A stretch of 64,000 nt of DNA from Heterodontus francisci (GCF_036365525.1 NC_090373.1:21567935-21631934), one strand, 5' to 3'; counted from the first letter of the stretch, positions 50,030 to 62,574 are shown. Program-made: numbers and translations. Notes: generated by a model from the sequence alone, not told the origin.

Positions 50030-51772
50030 AACCACAATAAGGTCTGTGAACATGTGGCAGACGTGAAAATAAATGGTTTAAATCTAATAGCCTTAGAGAC
50101 TTAGTTACAAGGTGACTAAGGTTGGGAAATAAATATTACAGGGTACACTATTTCAAAAAGACAGACTGAATGGCAAAGGAGGAGGGGCTAGCCCTGATAG
50201 TAAAGGATGACATAGGGCGTTAATGAGAAGGGACCTTGGCTCAGAAGATTATGCATTAGAATCAGTAAGGGTGGAGATGAGGCAATAGCAAGAATCAGAA
50301 AATGCTGGTGGGAGTAGCTGATAGGCTCCGCTAACAGTAATTATGCTGTTGGACAGAGCATTAGATAAGAAATTATTGGAGCTTGTAACAAAGGCAATGT
50401 AATAATTGTGGAGGACTTTAATATTCATATGTACTAAACCAAACAAATTGGCAAGGATAGTGTAGAAGATGAGTTTGTAGCATGTTTTTTTGACAGTTCC
50501 CTGGACAATACAATGTGGAACCAAGTAGGGATAAAACTATCTTAGATCTCGTATTGTGTAATGAAGCAGGGTTAATTAGTAATCTTATAGTAAAAGATCA
50601 GCTGGGTAATAGTGAACATAATACAACTGAATTCCATGTTAAGTTTGAAAGTGACATACCTCAATCACAAACAAGAAGCTTATACTTTAAGCCAGTTACA
50701 AAGATATGAAGAGAGAGCTGGCTGAGGTTAATTGGCTAAGTACACTAAAAGGTCGGGCAGTTAAATAAACAGTGGGAATATTTAAAGAAGCAGTTCAAAA
50801 TGTTCAACAAAAATACATTCCATTGAAAAATGAAAACTCAGCAAGAAAGATCTATCCGTGGCTTACTCAAGAAGTTAAGGATAGTATTACATTAAAAGGA
50901 GAGGCTTATAATGTTGCAAAGTCTGAGGATTGGGAGTGTTTTAGAAACCAGCAAAGGGCCACCAAAAAATTGCTAAAAATGGACAAAATAGAATACAAGA
51001 GTCAACTAGCTAGGAATATTAAAACAGACTGTAAGAGCTTTTACAAGCATGTATAAAGGAAGAGAGTAGCTAAAGCAAACATGGGTCCCTAAGAAGCAGA
51101 GACAGGAGACATTATATGGCATGAGGAATGGCAGAGACATTGAATAAATATTTTGTCTGTCTTCACAATAGAAGGCACAAGTTGTATACCAGAAATGGAG
51201 GGTAACCTTGGGGCTAAAAAGCATGAAGAAATTGAGGTAATTAGAATCAGTAGAGCAAAAGTATTGGAAAAATTTAAGGGACTAAAATCTGACAAATCCG
51301 CAGGACCTGATGGCCTACGTTTTTGGGTTCTAAAAGAGATGGCTGCAGAGGTAGTAGATGCACTGCTTATGATTTTCCAAAATTCCTGGATTCTGGAATG
51401 GTACCAGTGGATTGGAAGTAAGCAAGTGTAATAGCGCTATTCAAGAAAGAAGACAGAGAGAAAAGAGGGAACAACAGGCCAGTTAGCCTCACATCAGTCA
51501 TTGGGAAAATGCTGGAATCTATTATCAAGGAAGTCTTAACAATGTACTAAGAAAATCATAGTATGATCAGGCAAAGTCAACACGGTTTTACAAAAGAAAA
51601 ATCGTCTTTGACAAATTTATTCGAGTTTTTTGAGGATGTAACTGGTAGGGTAGATAAAGGGGAACCAGTAGATATCTTATACTTGGATTTCAAAACGGAA
51701 GTTGATAAGGTGCCACACAAAAGGTTAATAGACAAGATAAGGACTCATGGAGTTGGGGTAATATATTAGCAT
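50030..51772 (+). mobile_element. Decayed CR1 ORF2 fragment (endonuclease and RT N-terminus)
   Basis: ILDLVLCNE, GNSEHN, KSAGPDG, SQHGFTK and YLDFK. Confidence 0.9.
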
Positions 51773-54700
51773 GAATAGCATTGGTGACTGTGCCTTCAGC
51801 TGCCAGTGCCCTAAGCTCTAAAATTCCTTCCCTAAACCTCCCCACTTCTCTGTCCTTTCTCCTTTTAAGATGTTCCTTAAAACTTTCCTGTTTGACCAAG
51901 CTTTTGGTCGCTGCTCTAATACCTCCATGTGTGGATTGATGTCAAATTTTGTTTGATCACACTCCTGTGAAGCACCTTGGGGTGCTTTATTACCTTAAAG
52001 TCACTATTTAAATACAATTAGTTGTATGGTCCCCAAAGCTCTCCCACCACTGGGGTTTTCCTTGTCTCCTGTCTGGTTCTGTTTGGATTAATTGATAATG
52101 ATTGATTGCTATGATTAGTCAACAACTCTATTATCATTGTATCATGTGACTCCCAGGATGGTCGAAGTGAACTGGATGGATCTCGCTCTTTTCCTACAGC
52201 AATTCCAATGTTCCATGTAATGTACAGTGCATCATTCTGCTGAAACCTGACTGGTTCTTTGAAGATAAGAAGTAATTATTGGGTGCAGCTTTGAGTCAAT
52301 TACGGGTTACCTGCTGTTTGTGTGGGAAGTTTGCAGATTGGCAGGTACTTGGAAACTTACCAGCCCCTGGGCAGCTCGAAATGACTGCTTTTCTCCTCTT
52401 CAAAATACTTCTAACACTTTGAAGTGTGGCAGAAGTGTGTTAGATGCACTACTTTTATTTAGATTTATGTAGCTCTAAGAAAGAAAAGAAGCATTGCTGT
52501 TTCAAACTGGTGCATTTTGTACAATAGTTAAAAATGCAAAATGTATAAAGGCACTATATCCCAGTAACTATGCAAGCTGGAAGCTGACAAGAGTATTCGA
52601 GCAGTCTAGCCTTGAGAAGAGGAGTGGGATCTATGTAGATTTCTGTAGAATGTACAGCAAGAAATTGGCCATTCGGGCACAGGTCCATGCTGCACACAAG
52701 TCTCCTCCCACCCTTCCATCTAACTGTATTGGCATTACAAATCTGAAGATATCAGTAGTGGTGAGGGAGAAGTAGGGATAGAGGTGAAAGAAAACATGGT
52801 AGGGAAAGAGCAGGTGAAGATGGAGTTGAGCAAGACACTGGGGCCATCCCAAATCTCTTGGCATTTCTTCGCAGATGAAGATTTTGGGAATGTTGTTGTC
52901 ATTGGTTGCAGGCCTGCTGGTGGCTAGTCAGGCCTATCCATGACCGGCAGATGCTCCCACAGCAGGTACAAGTGAAGGTGTAGTGGCTGCTGGGGGCAAT
53001 TGAATCTATCCTTCTCCTTTTCTCTTTCATGCTGGTTCTTCGCTCAGTCTCAAAGGTGTCTGTAGCCCTCCTGATGCAGCATCTCCAGGCATCACAATCT
53101 ATGGCCTGCACTTCCCACTAGCAATGGTCGATGTGGCACATAAAGGGACTTCTTCAGGGAGTCCTTGAAATGTTTTCATGGGGCCCCTCTGTTCCTTTTA
53201 CCAGTGGTCAGCTCTCCATACAACATGATCTTGGACAGGCGACTGTCATCCATCCGTGCAATGTGACCCATCCAATGCAGTTGGTTTTGCAGGAGGATGG
53301 CCTCGATGCTGGTGATGTTGGCTGTTTCCAGGACTTCAATGTTTGTGATAAGGTCCTACCAGTAGATCTTGAAGATGCTGCGGAAGCAGTGCTGATGGAA
53401 GCTCTCTAGAAGGCGTACATGACGGCGGTATAGGACCCATGATTCGACGCCATACAGAAGGGTGATGAGGACTATGGCTTTGTACACTGAGTTTGGTCTG
53501 TGCTCTGAGGCTGCGGTTGCTCCACACACGTTTGTAGAGTCTGCCGAATGTACTGTTTGCTTTTGAGAGCCTATTGTCCATGTCCTTGTCCATGGTGGTA
53601 TCAAATGAGATGACGCTCCCCAAATAAGTAATTGCTTGATGGCATTCAGCTTGGTTCCCTCAATGACCATGCTTGGTGGTCTATATTCTTCTTGGGGTGC
53701 AAGCTGATGCAGGACTTAAGTTTTCTTTAAACTGATTTTTAGTCCGAAGAGTTGTGCCATCTCAGAAAAATGTGGTGTTATACGTTGCAGGTCTGACTGA
53801 CTGTGGGCCAGGAGAGCACAGTCATCGGTGAAAAGAAGTTCACGGATGAGTTTTTCTTGTGTTTTTGTGTGAGCCTGAGGTTGACGCCCCAGTCCGGAAG
53901 CGTATGTAAACTCCCTCCTTAAGATCTTCCATTGCCTGGTGCAACATCATGCTGAAAAAGAGGGTGAATCGGGTCGGGGCCAGCACACATTCCTGCTTCA
54001 CGCCATTGGAGATTCGGAAGGGACTTGAGAGGTCGCTGTTTTCCTTGGCTTGTCTGTACTGATTTTCATGAAACTGCTTCACCATGGCCAGGAACCTGGG
54101 TGGGCATCCAAATTTTTCAAGGATTTTCCAAAGTCCATCTCTGCTCACAGTGTCAAAGGCCTTGATGAGGTCTAAGAAAGTGACGTACAAGCTTTTGTTT
54201 TGCTCAAGACACTTTTCTTGTAATTGCCTGAGTGCAAATACCATTTCTGTGTGGCTCTGTTTGCTCTGAAACCACACTGTCTCTCTGGGAGGTTTTCTTC
54301 CTCAATGGTAGGCACTAGCCTGTTCAGAAGTATTCTAGCCAGGATCTTCCCAGCAATTGAGAGGAGGGTGATCGCACGATAGTTGGGGCAGTCTGATTTT
54401 TCTCCTTTGTTTCTGTACAGGGTGATGATAACGGCATCATAAAGATCCTATGAAATCCTGCCCTGTTCTCAGCAGGCTGTGAAAATTTCGTGGAGCTTGA
54501 TGTATAGGGCAGGGCCACCATGCTTCAAGGCTTCGGGTGGAATTCCATCTGCTCTGGGGTCTCTGTTGTTCTTCATCTGGTTGATTGCGGTCACAGTTTC
54601 CTCCAGAGTTCGGCTGTCATCCAGCTCTTCTTTGACTGGCAATTGTTGGATGCGATTGATGGCAGTATCAAGCACTGTGCACTTGGCACTGAAGAGAGTT

Positions 54701-55131
54701 TCAAAGTGCTCCGACCAGCGATCCAGGACTGACTCCTTGTCGGCGTATCGGGTCTTGCCATCGGCGATCAAGGGGTTTTGTGCTGGTCCGTAGCCAGATT
54801 TTAGTGCTTCATAGAAACTTCTTATGTCGCCAGTATCAGCATACAGTTGAATTTTTTCCGCAAGTGCAATCCACCAGTCGTTTTGGATGTTCCTCAGTTT
54901 ACATTGAAGGGTGCTGCATGCTTGACATCTTTTTCTCTTGGCTGAGCAAGGTGAGCCTGATCTGACCTTTTTATTTTTAGCAGAACTTGAATTTCCTTGT
55001 CATTTTCATCAAACCAGTTCCTCCTTCTTGGTAATATAAAAGCAAAATACTGCGGATGCTGGAAATCTGAAATAAAAACAAGAAATGCTGGAATCACTCG
55101 GGTCTGGCAGCATCTGTGGAAAGAGAAGCAG

Positions 55132-55168
55132 AGTTAACGTTTCGGGTCAGTGACCCTTCTTCGGAACT
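55132..55168 (-). ncRNA. Minimal type I hammerhead ribozyme motif, variant core
   Basis: agtt-CCGAAGA-a-gggtc/act/gaccc-GAAA-C-GTT-aact; palindromic ACGT stem III. Confidence 0.7.
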
Positions 55169-55536
55169 GACAAATATTAGAAAAGTCACAGATTATAAAC
55201 AAGTGAGGTGGGGGTGGGGCAAGAGATAACAAAGGAGAAGGTGCAGATTGGACCAGGCCACATAGCTGACCAAAAGGTCACGGAGAAAAGGCAAACAATA
55301 TGTTAATGGTGTGTTGAAAGACAAAGCATTAGTACAGATTAGGTGTTAATACACTGAATATTGAACAGCAGCAAGTGCAAACCTGAAGAAAAACAACCTG
55401 AAAAAAACAGTGGGTAAGCAAACTGAACAAACTAAGATGAAATGAAATAAATGCAAAAAAAGATTGTAAAAAATGTAAAAAGGAATGTAAAAAAAGGAAG
55501 AAAAAATAACTAAAAATGAAAGTAAAATGGGGGCTG

Positions 55537-56283
55537 TCATGCTCTGAAATTATTGAACTCAATGTTCAGTCCGGCAGGCTGTAGTGTGCCTAATCGGTAG
55601 ATGAGATGCTGTTCCTCGAGCTTGCGTTGATGTTCACTGGAACACTGCAGCAATCCCAGGACAGAGGTGTGAGCATGAGAGCAGGGGGGAGTGTTGAAAT
55701 GGCAAGCAACCGGAAGCTCAGGGTCCTGCTTGCGGACTGAGCGGAGATGTTCCGCAAAGCAGTCACCCAGTCTGCGCTTGGTCTCCCCAATGTAGAGGAG
55801 ACCACACTGTGAGCAGCGAATACAGTATACTACATTGAAAGAAGTACAAGTAAATCGCTGCTTCACCTGAAAGGAGTGTTTGGGGCCTGGGATAGTGAGG
55901 AGAGAGGAGGTAAATGGGCAGGTATTACACCTCCTGCAATTGCAGGGGAAGGTGCCCTGGGACGGGGACGAGGTGGTGGGGGTAATGGAGGAGTGGACCA
56001 GGGTGTCGCGGAGGGAACGATCCCTTCGGAATGCTGACAGGGGAAGGGAGGGGAAGATGCGACTGGTAGTGGCATCACGCTGGAGGTGGCGAAAATGGGG
56101 GAGGATGATCCTTTGGATATGGAGGCTGGTGGGATGAAAAGTGAGGACAAGGGGAACCCTGTCACGGTTCTGGGAGGGAGGGGAAGTGATGAGGGTAGAG
56201 GTGCGGGGAATGGGTCGGACACGGTTGAGGGCCCTGTCAACCACAGTGGGGGGAAATCCTCGGTTGAGGAAAAAGGAGGTCAT
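55537..56283 (-). CDS. PLE ORF C-terminal part: RT thumb, Cys-rich linker and GIY-YIG endonuclease (5'-truncated)
   Basis: FLNRGFP, PLVLTFHP, FPCNCRRCNTC, NVVYCIRCSQCGLLYIGETKRRL, EQHLIYRLGTLQPAGLN. Confidence 0.85.
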   Translation of the reverse strand: MTSFFLNRGFPPTVVDRALNRVRPIPRTSTLITSPPSQNRDRVPLVLTFHPTSLHIQRIILPHFRHLQRDATTSRIFPSLPLSAFRRDRSLRDTLVHSSITPTTSSPSQGTFPCNCRRCNTCPFTSSLLTIPGPKHSFQVKQRFTCTSFNVVYCIRCSQCGLLYIGETKRRLGDCFAEHLRSVRKQDPELPVACHFNTPPCSHAHTSVLGLLQCSSEHQRKLEEQHLIYRLGTLQPAGLNIEFNNFRA

Positions 56284-58170
56284 ATCAGAAGCACCGTCAT
56301 GGAAGGTAGCATCATCAGAGCAGATGCGTCGGAGACGGAGAAACTGGGAGAATGGAATGGAGTCCTTACAGGAGGTAGGGTGTGAAGAAGTGTAGTCGAG
56401 GTAGCTGTGGGAGTCAGTGGGCTTCTTCTTGGTGCTGGGTCCGAATACCTTGTTGGAAGTATCCGGTACTGCAGCTTTGATGTGTTCCCAGAGTTCTTCT
56501 GGAGTGGAATGAGCAGTGAGATCAGGATGTTCCAGTCCAATCTGTAAGGATGTTTGATATTTATCTCTGCAAGATGAGGTTTGCAGGTTGCTGTCTCAAT
56601 TTCTTTGATGGGTCATCTCTCAGTCTGTTCTTGGGCTTAGGCTTGAAGTGGAAGTTCAGCTTTGAATGAACGAGCCGGGGGTCTGTATGACAGTCGGCAC
56701 TGGGCATGACTCTAGTATGTAGGACGTCCTTTAGGTCACACTGGCACACCAAGATGTAATCTGTCAGGTGCCAGTGTTTAGAACGGGGATGCATCCATGT
56801 GGTCTTGAAGCAATCTTTTTGTTGAAAGAAGGTGTTGGTTATGGACAGCTACTTTTCTGCACAGAATTCCAAGAGTAAGCATTCGCTTTCATTACCGTTT
56901 CCAACTCCATGGTTTCCACGCACACCCTTCCATGCCAGGCTGTCACGGCCCACTCTGTTATTGAAATCACCAAGGACGATAATTTTGTCCTTGGGAAGGG
57001 CATTCTGGATGAGTTTACGGAGATCTGTGTAGAACTTATCTTTGTCAGCTGGGTTAGCCTTCAGGTTTGGAGCATAAACACTGATGAGGGTTGCATGCTG
57101 TTGGTCTTGGAGGGGGAGGCACAGGGACATGATGCATTCGGTGTGGCCGATTGGCAGGCTTGAAAGTTTCTTGGCGATGGTCTTCACCATAAAGCCAACA
57201 CCGAAGAGTAAACCTTGAGGTCTACCTGACCAATAGAGGGCGTAGCCAGCATTCTGTTCTGTTAGGCTGCCTTGCTCTGAGAAGTGGACCTCACTCAGGG
57301 CTGCTATATCAATGTCTAGTCTGGCTAGCTCATGTCACCAGGGCTGAGCATTGTCGGGGTGGCTGTTGTCACCAGAGTCAAGCATTGTTCTTATGTTCCA
57401 GAAAGCGAGTTTCAGAGTTGTTTTTCTTTTCCTACCTTTTGAAGTGAGGTTAGGAGTTTGCGTTTCCTTCTCTGTCGTAGTTTGACCGCGTTAAGAGATG
57501 CCCATTGACCACAGCAAGCCAACTGGGTGGTAGGGAGATGAGCATTTGTTTAGGCCACTTTTTCTAGGCCCCTCTCCAATTTCGGAACCAACAGTTCTGT
57601 CCTTCAAAAAGGCTGCTTGGTCGCTCAGGGTGCTACCGGGTGATGATGTCGTCTCTAGGTCATCAAAACGAACAATATCCTGAGCCGCCTCCACGCAGGA
57701 TTGGAACTGCGGCTGCCAGTGCCATCTTGCACCTGCCGTTTTCACCCCTTTCCTGTCGTTACAGGACTTGTTGAGTTATAGTTGGGGTGGATGGATTTCC
57801 TTCCTGCCTGCTCAGTGGTGCTTTAAGGTGGAGTACAGTTTGTGCTGACTGACCCCACCCTTTAAGCCTGGAGCTCATCTGTCATGGCCCAGTGAACTGG
57901 GACAGTGGCAGCAAGGTCTCCAAGCCGTAGATTTGGATTCAGCGTTTCCCTCTCCTAGGTAGGTTGCTGACTGAGGCTTGAAGGGACCCTCCTTCCCTTG
58001 CTATTTTATCATAGCTGTTATACCAACAACCATAGTCCACGCAATATGGTGTGGTACGCCTTTGGTCCAGAACATGATGGTCACTTGAGCCGCTTGGAAT
58101 CCTTCCGCTCTGGCTGTTACCTTTATCAAGAAAGACATCCGCCCAGGTGGTGTCATGTTCATAATTTCTC

Positions 58171-58337
58171 CCCTCACTACATTTCGCCTGTCAGCTGAGA
58201 CGGTGTACCGGGGTGTGGCGCTTGGAGCCAGCAGTGAGAGCTGGGTGTAGATGTGATTCCAGTCCATCCTGCAAATTGGATGCAGCTGAGTGAAAAATAC
58301 AAGGATACTAACCCTATCTGAACACTCCATATACCCC
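58171..58337 (-). ncRNA. HDV-like self-cleaving ribozyme at the RTE 5' end
   Basis: P1 GGGGTAT/ACACCCC, P2 CTCTCACTGC/GTAGTGAGGG, P3 GGC/GCC, L3 TCCAAGC, P1.1 CC/GG, P4 CCGTC/GACAG and J4/2 GCGAA, all in canonical order. Confidence 0.8.
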
Positions 58338-58794
58338 AAATCATCCAATTAAGATTTCAGCTGAGAATTGGATAGACTCCAGAGCAGTGGAATGGTGGTG
58401 TTACTGGAAGCCGAAACAGATGGTTTAAATTTTTACTGATATTAACTTGAAGAAATAATGAGTCATTCAAGCTTAATCTTGGAGAGGGTGGCAGAATGGT
58501 AGGAGGAATCACTTCTGTTTCCTCTTTCTTTCCTTCTGATTAGTAATAGTTGACCAGTTGCTGCAGCGAGATGTACATGGGAAATTCTGCTAGTTACAAT
58601 CTGAAGATCTTCTAATGTTGTGTGCTCTATTACCTAGTTATGTAATGTTGTGGGAGTCCTATTGTGCATACAGGGTAGGAGCAATTCCTTTTGAAGGGGA
58701 TAAGGAGGTTAGCAGATTAGATTTCCATCGTAACCCCCACCGTAGCGCATTTAAAACATATAGCAGAATAACACCTTGCACTTGCATAGTACCT

Positions 58795-59141
58795 TTTTTT
58801 TTAGATTAGAGATACAGCACTGAAACAGGCCCTTCGGCCCACCGAGTCTGTGCTGAACATCAACCACCCATTTATACTAATCCTACACTAATCCCATATT
58901 CCTACCAAACATCCCCACCTGTCCCTATAATGCCCTACCACCTACCTATACTAGTGACAATTTATAATGGCCAATTTACCTATCAACCTGCAAGTCTTTC
59001 GGCTTGTGGAAGGAAACCGGAGCACCCGGAGAAAACCCACGCAGACACAGGGAGAACTTGCAAACTCCACACAGGCAGTACCCGGAATTGAACCCGGGTC
59101 CCTGGAGCTGTGAGGCTGCGGTGCTAACCACTGCGCCGCCC
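58795..59141 (-). mobile_element. HE1-type V-SINE
   Basis: Reverse complement of the 9806-10133 family with a (tctaa)n/A tail. Confidence 0.9.
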
Positions 59142-59159
59142 AATGCTTAATGCTGTAAA

Positions 59160-59680
59160 CCTTTAATGCTGTAAAAACATCCTGAGGCAATTCAGAGGCA
59201 GCAACAGAGAAAGGCAAAGAGATGGCCATGGAGGGAGTTAAAGCAAGGGCTAGAGTTTTAAATATGGGGCATGAGGCAATTGTGGGTCAGTGAGGACTGG
59301 GGTGATGAGTATTCAGGGCTAGAGGCGCAAATTAGGTAGTGGAGTATGCTTCAGCTTGAGACAGGCAGGAGGGAGATGAAGTTAATGGGAAGGGCAAGTA
59401 GTTTGTGGCATGGCAAAGACAATAGCTTTGGTCTTCCTGATGTTCAGCTGGAGGAAATTGCAGCTCTTGCAAGACTGGATGTCAGACAGATAGCATAGAG
59501 GCAGTGAAGGGATTGAGGAAGGTGATGGAGAATTGAGCTCCTACGATCAGATAAGTCAGCATGGAACTAAGCTGGAGAATGGAGGAGAGGTATTGGAGGA
59601 GGAATGGTATGGTTGACCGTGTGAGGCTGTAGCAAGGTTGAAGAGAAGACGAGAGATAATATACCATGGTCACAGTCATA
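59160..59680 (-). mobile_element. Old L2-type LINE remnants
   Basis: Degenerate L2 ORF2-like text (ttcctccagctgaacatcaggaagaccaaagctatt on the minus strand). Confidence 0.45.
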
Positions 59681-61264
59681 AAATTATGACATGAATTTTA
59701 TTTCATATTTTTATTTCCAAAAGCTTAAGAGCATTGTACTGGGGTGCAATCTTCGCATACAAGCTGATGTATTTTACTTAGAGAAGATGGTAATAACTTG
59801 CACTTAATTGTATTGTGGTTAGCAATAGCAAAAGGGTCATTGGCATAGTGTGTTCTGTAGCTGTTGAGTGGCCTGCCAATTCTGCATGCTTCATGCAGTG
59901 GTAATGTCTAGCATACCCTGAAGGATCACTTAACCAGGTTTTTCCTTTTGCTGGAAAGAAGTGTAAGTGAAAAGGGATCACTTGGTGGAATGCAAAACTT
60001 ATACTTTGCTGTGATTTAATATTGGGCTTGTTATAGAAATGCTATCACATTTTCATACCAGCTGACTGCAAACAAAACCGCTCTGAAACGTGATGCAATT
60101 TCTACAGCAACTAACTGAACAACATATTATTACCTGGCTGGAGGTTTTGTGTTTGGCTGCACTCTTTTTGTAATTTGTGACCAAATACCTCAATACCATT
60201 GATATGCATGTTGTATTTTAACAATCACAAAAGTTCTTGGTGAAACTGAATTAAAATAGGAATCCTGTATAGTTATCAGAGCCTACATGTACACTTTTAT
60301 TTAAGACACAACTTACTGGTGCAACCTGAGCTTAATTTACAGGGAGATAAAGGTGCAAGAAAGGGCAAAAGTTGAGAAAAGGCATTTTGGCATTTCACAA
60401 CTTGCCCTCCAAATAGTCCGACCCACCCAATTTCACATCCAGCTGTTCCCCGGTTAGATTTTTCCAAATGTTCACTACTCTTGGAGAAAACTTGAAAAAA
60501 AAATTCAATTTGCTTTTACTAATTTTAAATACATGTTCTCTGGTCTGACTTGAAGCAATTTACTTGGTTCACCTCTAACTATCTCATCCCTTCCCTGAAA
60601 AATAAAAGCTAAATGTCTGGCTAAATCTGGCAGTGAGTAATCTTGGCACCATGTTTGTTCCTAAATTGAGAATTTTACCTTATGTCTGTGCTGTTTTCAA
60701 GAATGCATCCTTCTGTCTCATGAAGTCTGCCGAACTCCACTGCTCTTTGTGCCCCAGCAAATCAACTTCTAAGATCTAAGTCTTCAAACCCCCAGATGGC
60801 CCCACTCCATAATATGAACAGTCGTGGGCTTTTTTTTCCCTCTGCTCCTTTGACCAGATTACTACTTATTCTTTGCTTCCTCCATTCACCAATGGGATCC
60901 TGTCCTCTGGAATTCTCTCCAAAAGTTACTTCAATTCTCTCCCATCATTTCTGTCAGCAAAAGCCTTCGATAAACCCTCTGATTGACCATGCCTTCAACA
61001 AGAGGATCTATTTTTCCCCTTCACCCCCAAAAATTCCCACCTTATTGCCTTTGTGAAGCACTCTCGGGTATTTCCATCTCTGCGAAGAGTGCGATGACAC
61101 TTAATTAGAATATTAATGCTTCCTTATTAGTTTACTTCCACATACCAGTAGGAAGACATGGAGTCCCTTTAAAGCTTTGCTATTCTACATCAAGCTGTCA
61201 AATCAGCAATGTGTTACATAAAAATTCAAACTTAATTGAATGGAAGCTGGTAAATATCATGCTT

Positions 61265-61667
61265 GGGGAGACGGCGTAGTGGTAATATTACTAAACTAGT
61301 AATCCAGTGGCCCATGCTAATGCCCTGGGGACAAGGGTTTAAATCCCACCACAGCAGCTGGTGGAATTTAAATTCAATTAATATAAAGAATATGGAATTG
61401 AAAGCTAGTCTCAGTAATGGTGCCATGAAACTATCATCGATTGTTATAAAAACCCTGGTTTTTTGGTTCACGAATGTCCTATAGAGAAGGAAATCTGTTG
61501 TCCTTAACTGGTCTGGTCTGCGTGTGACTCCAGACCCATGGCAATGTGGTTGACTCTTAACTGCACTCTGAAATGGCCTAGAAAGCCACTCGGTTGTCAA
61601 GGGCAATTACGGATGGGCTACAAATGCTGGTCGTGCCAGTGATGCCCACATCTCATGAAAAAAAAAT
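61265..61667 (+). mobile_element. tRNA-derived SINE with the 3' tail of the second CR1-group LINE family
   Basis: A/B-box-like head (ggcgtagtggt, gggtttaaatccc); tail caagggcaattacggatgggc...gcccacatctcatgaaaa matches the LINE tails at 30660-30737 and 63320-63385. Confidence 0.75.
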
Positions 61668-62574
61668 GTTGTTGCATTATTGCAACCCCTATATCTAAAG
61701 TTTAAATATTTTTCCTGTTGTATCAATAAGGGTGATCTGTATCAAAGGAGTAGCAATTTCTGATAGCGAGCCAGTAGAGTAACACAACTTGGAAACCACC
61801 AAGCACATGCAACAGGTTAAAAAAATGCAAAACATTTCAGTGCACAGCTTGACTGAAGATTAAATTTAAATGAGTGAATCGTAGGCACCTTAGTGGAATC
61901 ATGGACACAGTTATCATTAAAAAAAAGATGTAGCAACAATCCTTTTCAGATAATACTTTGAAGACATTGCAGGCATTCGAATCAATAGATACCACAAGAG
62001 TAAAGGCCAGAATCTACTCCACAACATTTTAAATGATTTGGAACATCCATTTTGTTCTTGAGTTTCAGGTGCAAATGTGTGAACTTACGTGTTGCATTTT
62101 AATGAAAGAGCAAGCAGTGTCTTTGGATAAGATGAAAATGGGATGTTGCATCTTGTCAAAATATGATTGGATGCTTTCACTGTTCCACCATTGACGATTG
62201 TGCCTATGTCTCCTTGATCTCTGGAATTCCCTCCTTAAACTTCCCAGCTGTTCTCTCCTCGAAGACACTCCATGAAACCTACCTCTTTGACCAGGCTTTT
62301 GGTCACCTGTCCAAATATCTCATTGTGTGGCTTGGTGTCACATTTTGCTGTTCCTATGAAGTACATTGTGACATTTTGCTACATCAAACACTACATAAAT
62401 GCAAGTTGTTGTCTGCAGACAAGAATTTTAGTAGGACCCTACCAAATTCACAGTCACATTTTACAGTCATGGCACTTTAAGAATTGTGAATTTCACGTAT
62501 TTAAATTGTAAATTTCACTGTGTTGCAACAAACCAGGAAAATTATCTATTTAAAACAAAAAAAGACAAGGGTGG

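Larger units (their letters stand above)
55033..56421 (-). mobile_element. 5'-truncated Penelope-like element inserted in the RTE
   Basis: TSD ct(c/t)cttcttggt (55021-55032 and 56422-56433); open GIY-YIG region; PLE 3' terminus with hammerhead motif. Confidence 0.92.
52856..58337 (-). mobile_element. Full-length decayed RTE-clade LINE
   Basis: 5' UTR, APE endonuclease (LAFWNIRT, AALSEV, ISVYAP, VLGDFN, SADCHTD), RT (FLDLIKAFDTVSR, GVKQECVLAP, LFTDDCAL), C-terminal CxxC/H motif, ...gccaaga tail; 8-bp direct repeat CCCAAATC at 52848-52855 and 58335-58342. Confidence 0.9.

Noticed and set aside
42613-50053. Pro-rich ORFs of about 2460 aa and many Gly/Arg/Glu-rich ORFs
   Set aside because: Translations of the tandem array, open in several frames on both strands with frame-shifting G-run lengths.
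58001-58348. 115-aa minus-strand ORF as an RTE ORF1 or host exon
   Set aside because: It starts outside the TSD boundary, overlaps the ribozyme and 5' UTR, and has no recognisable domain.
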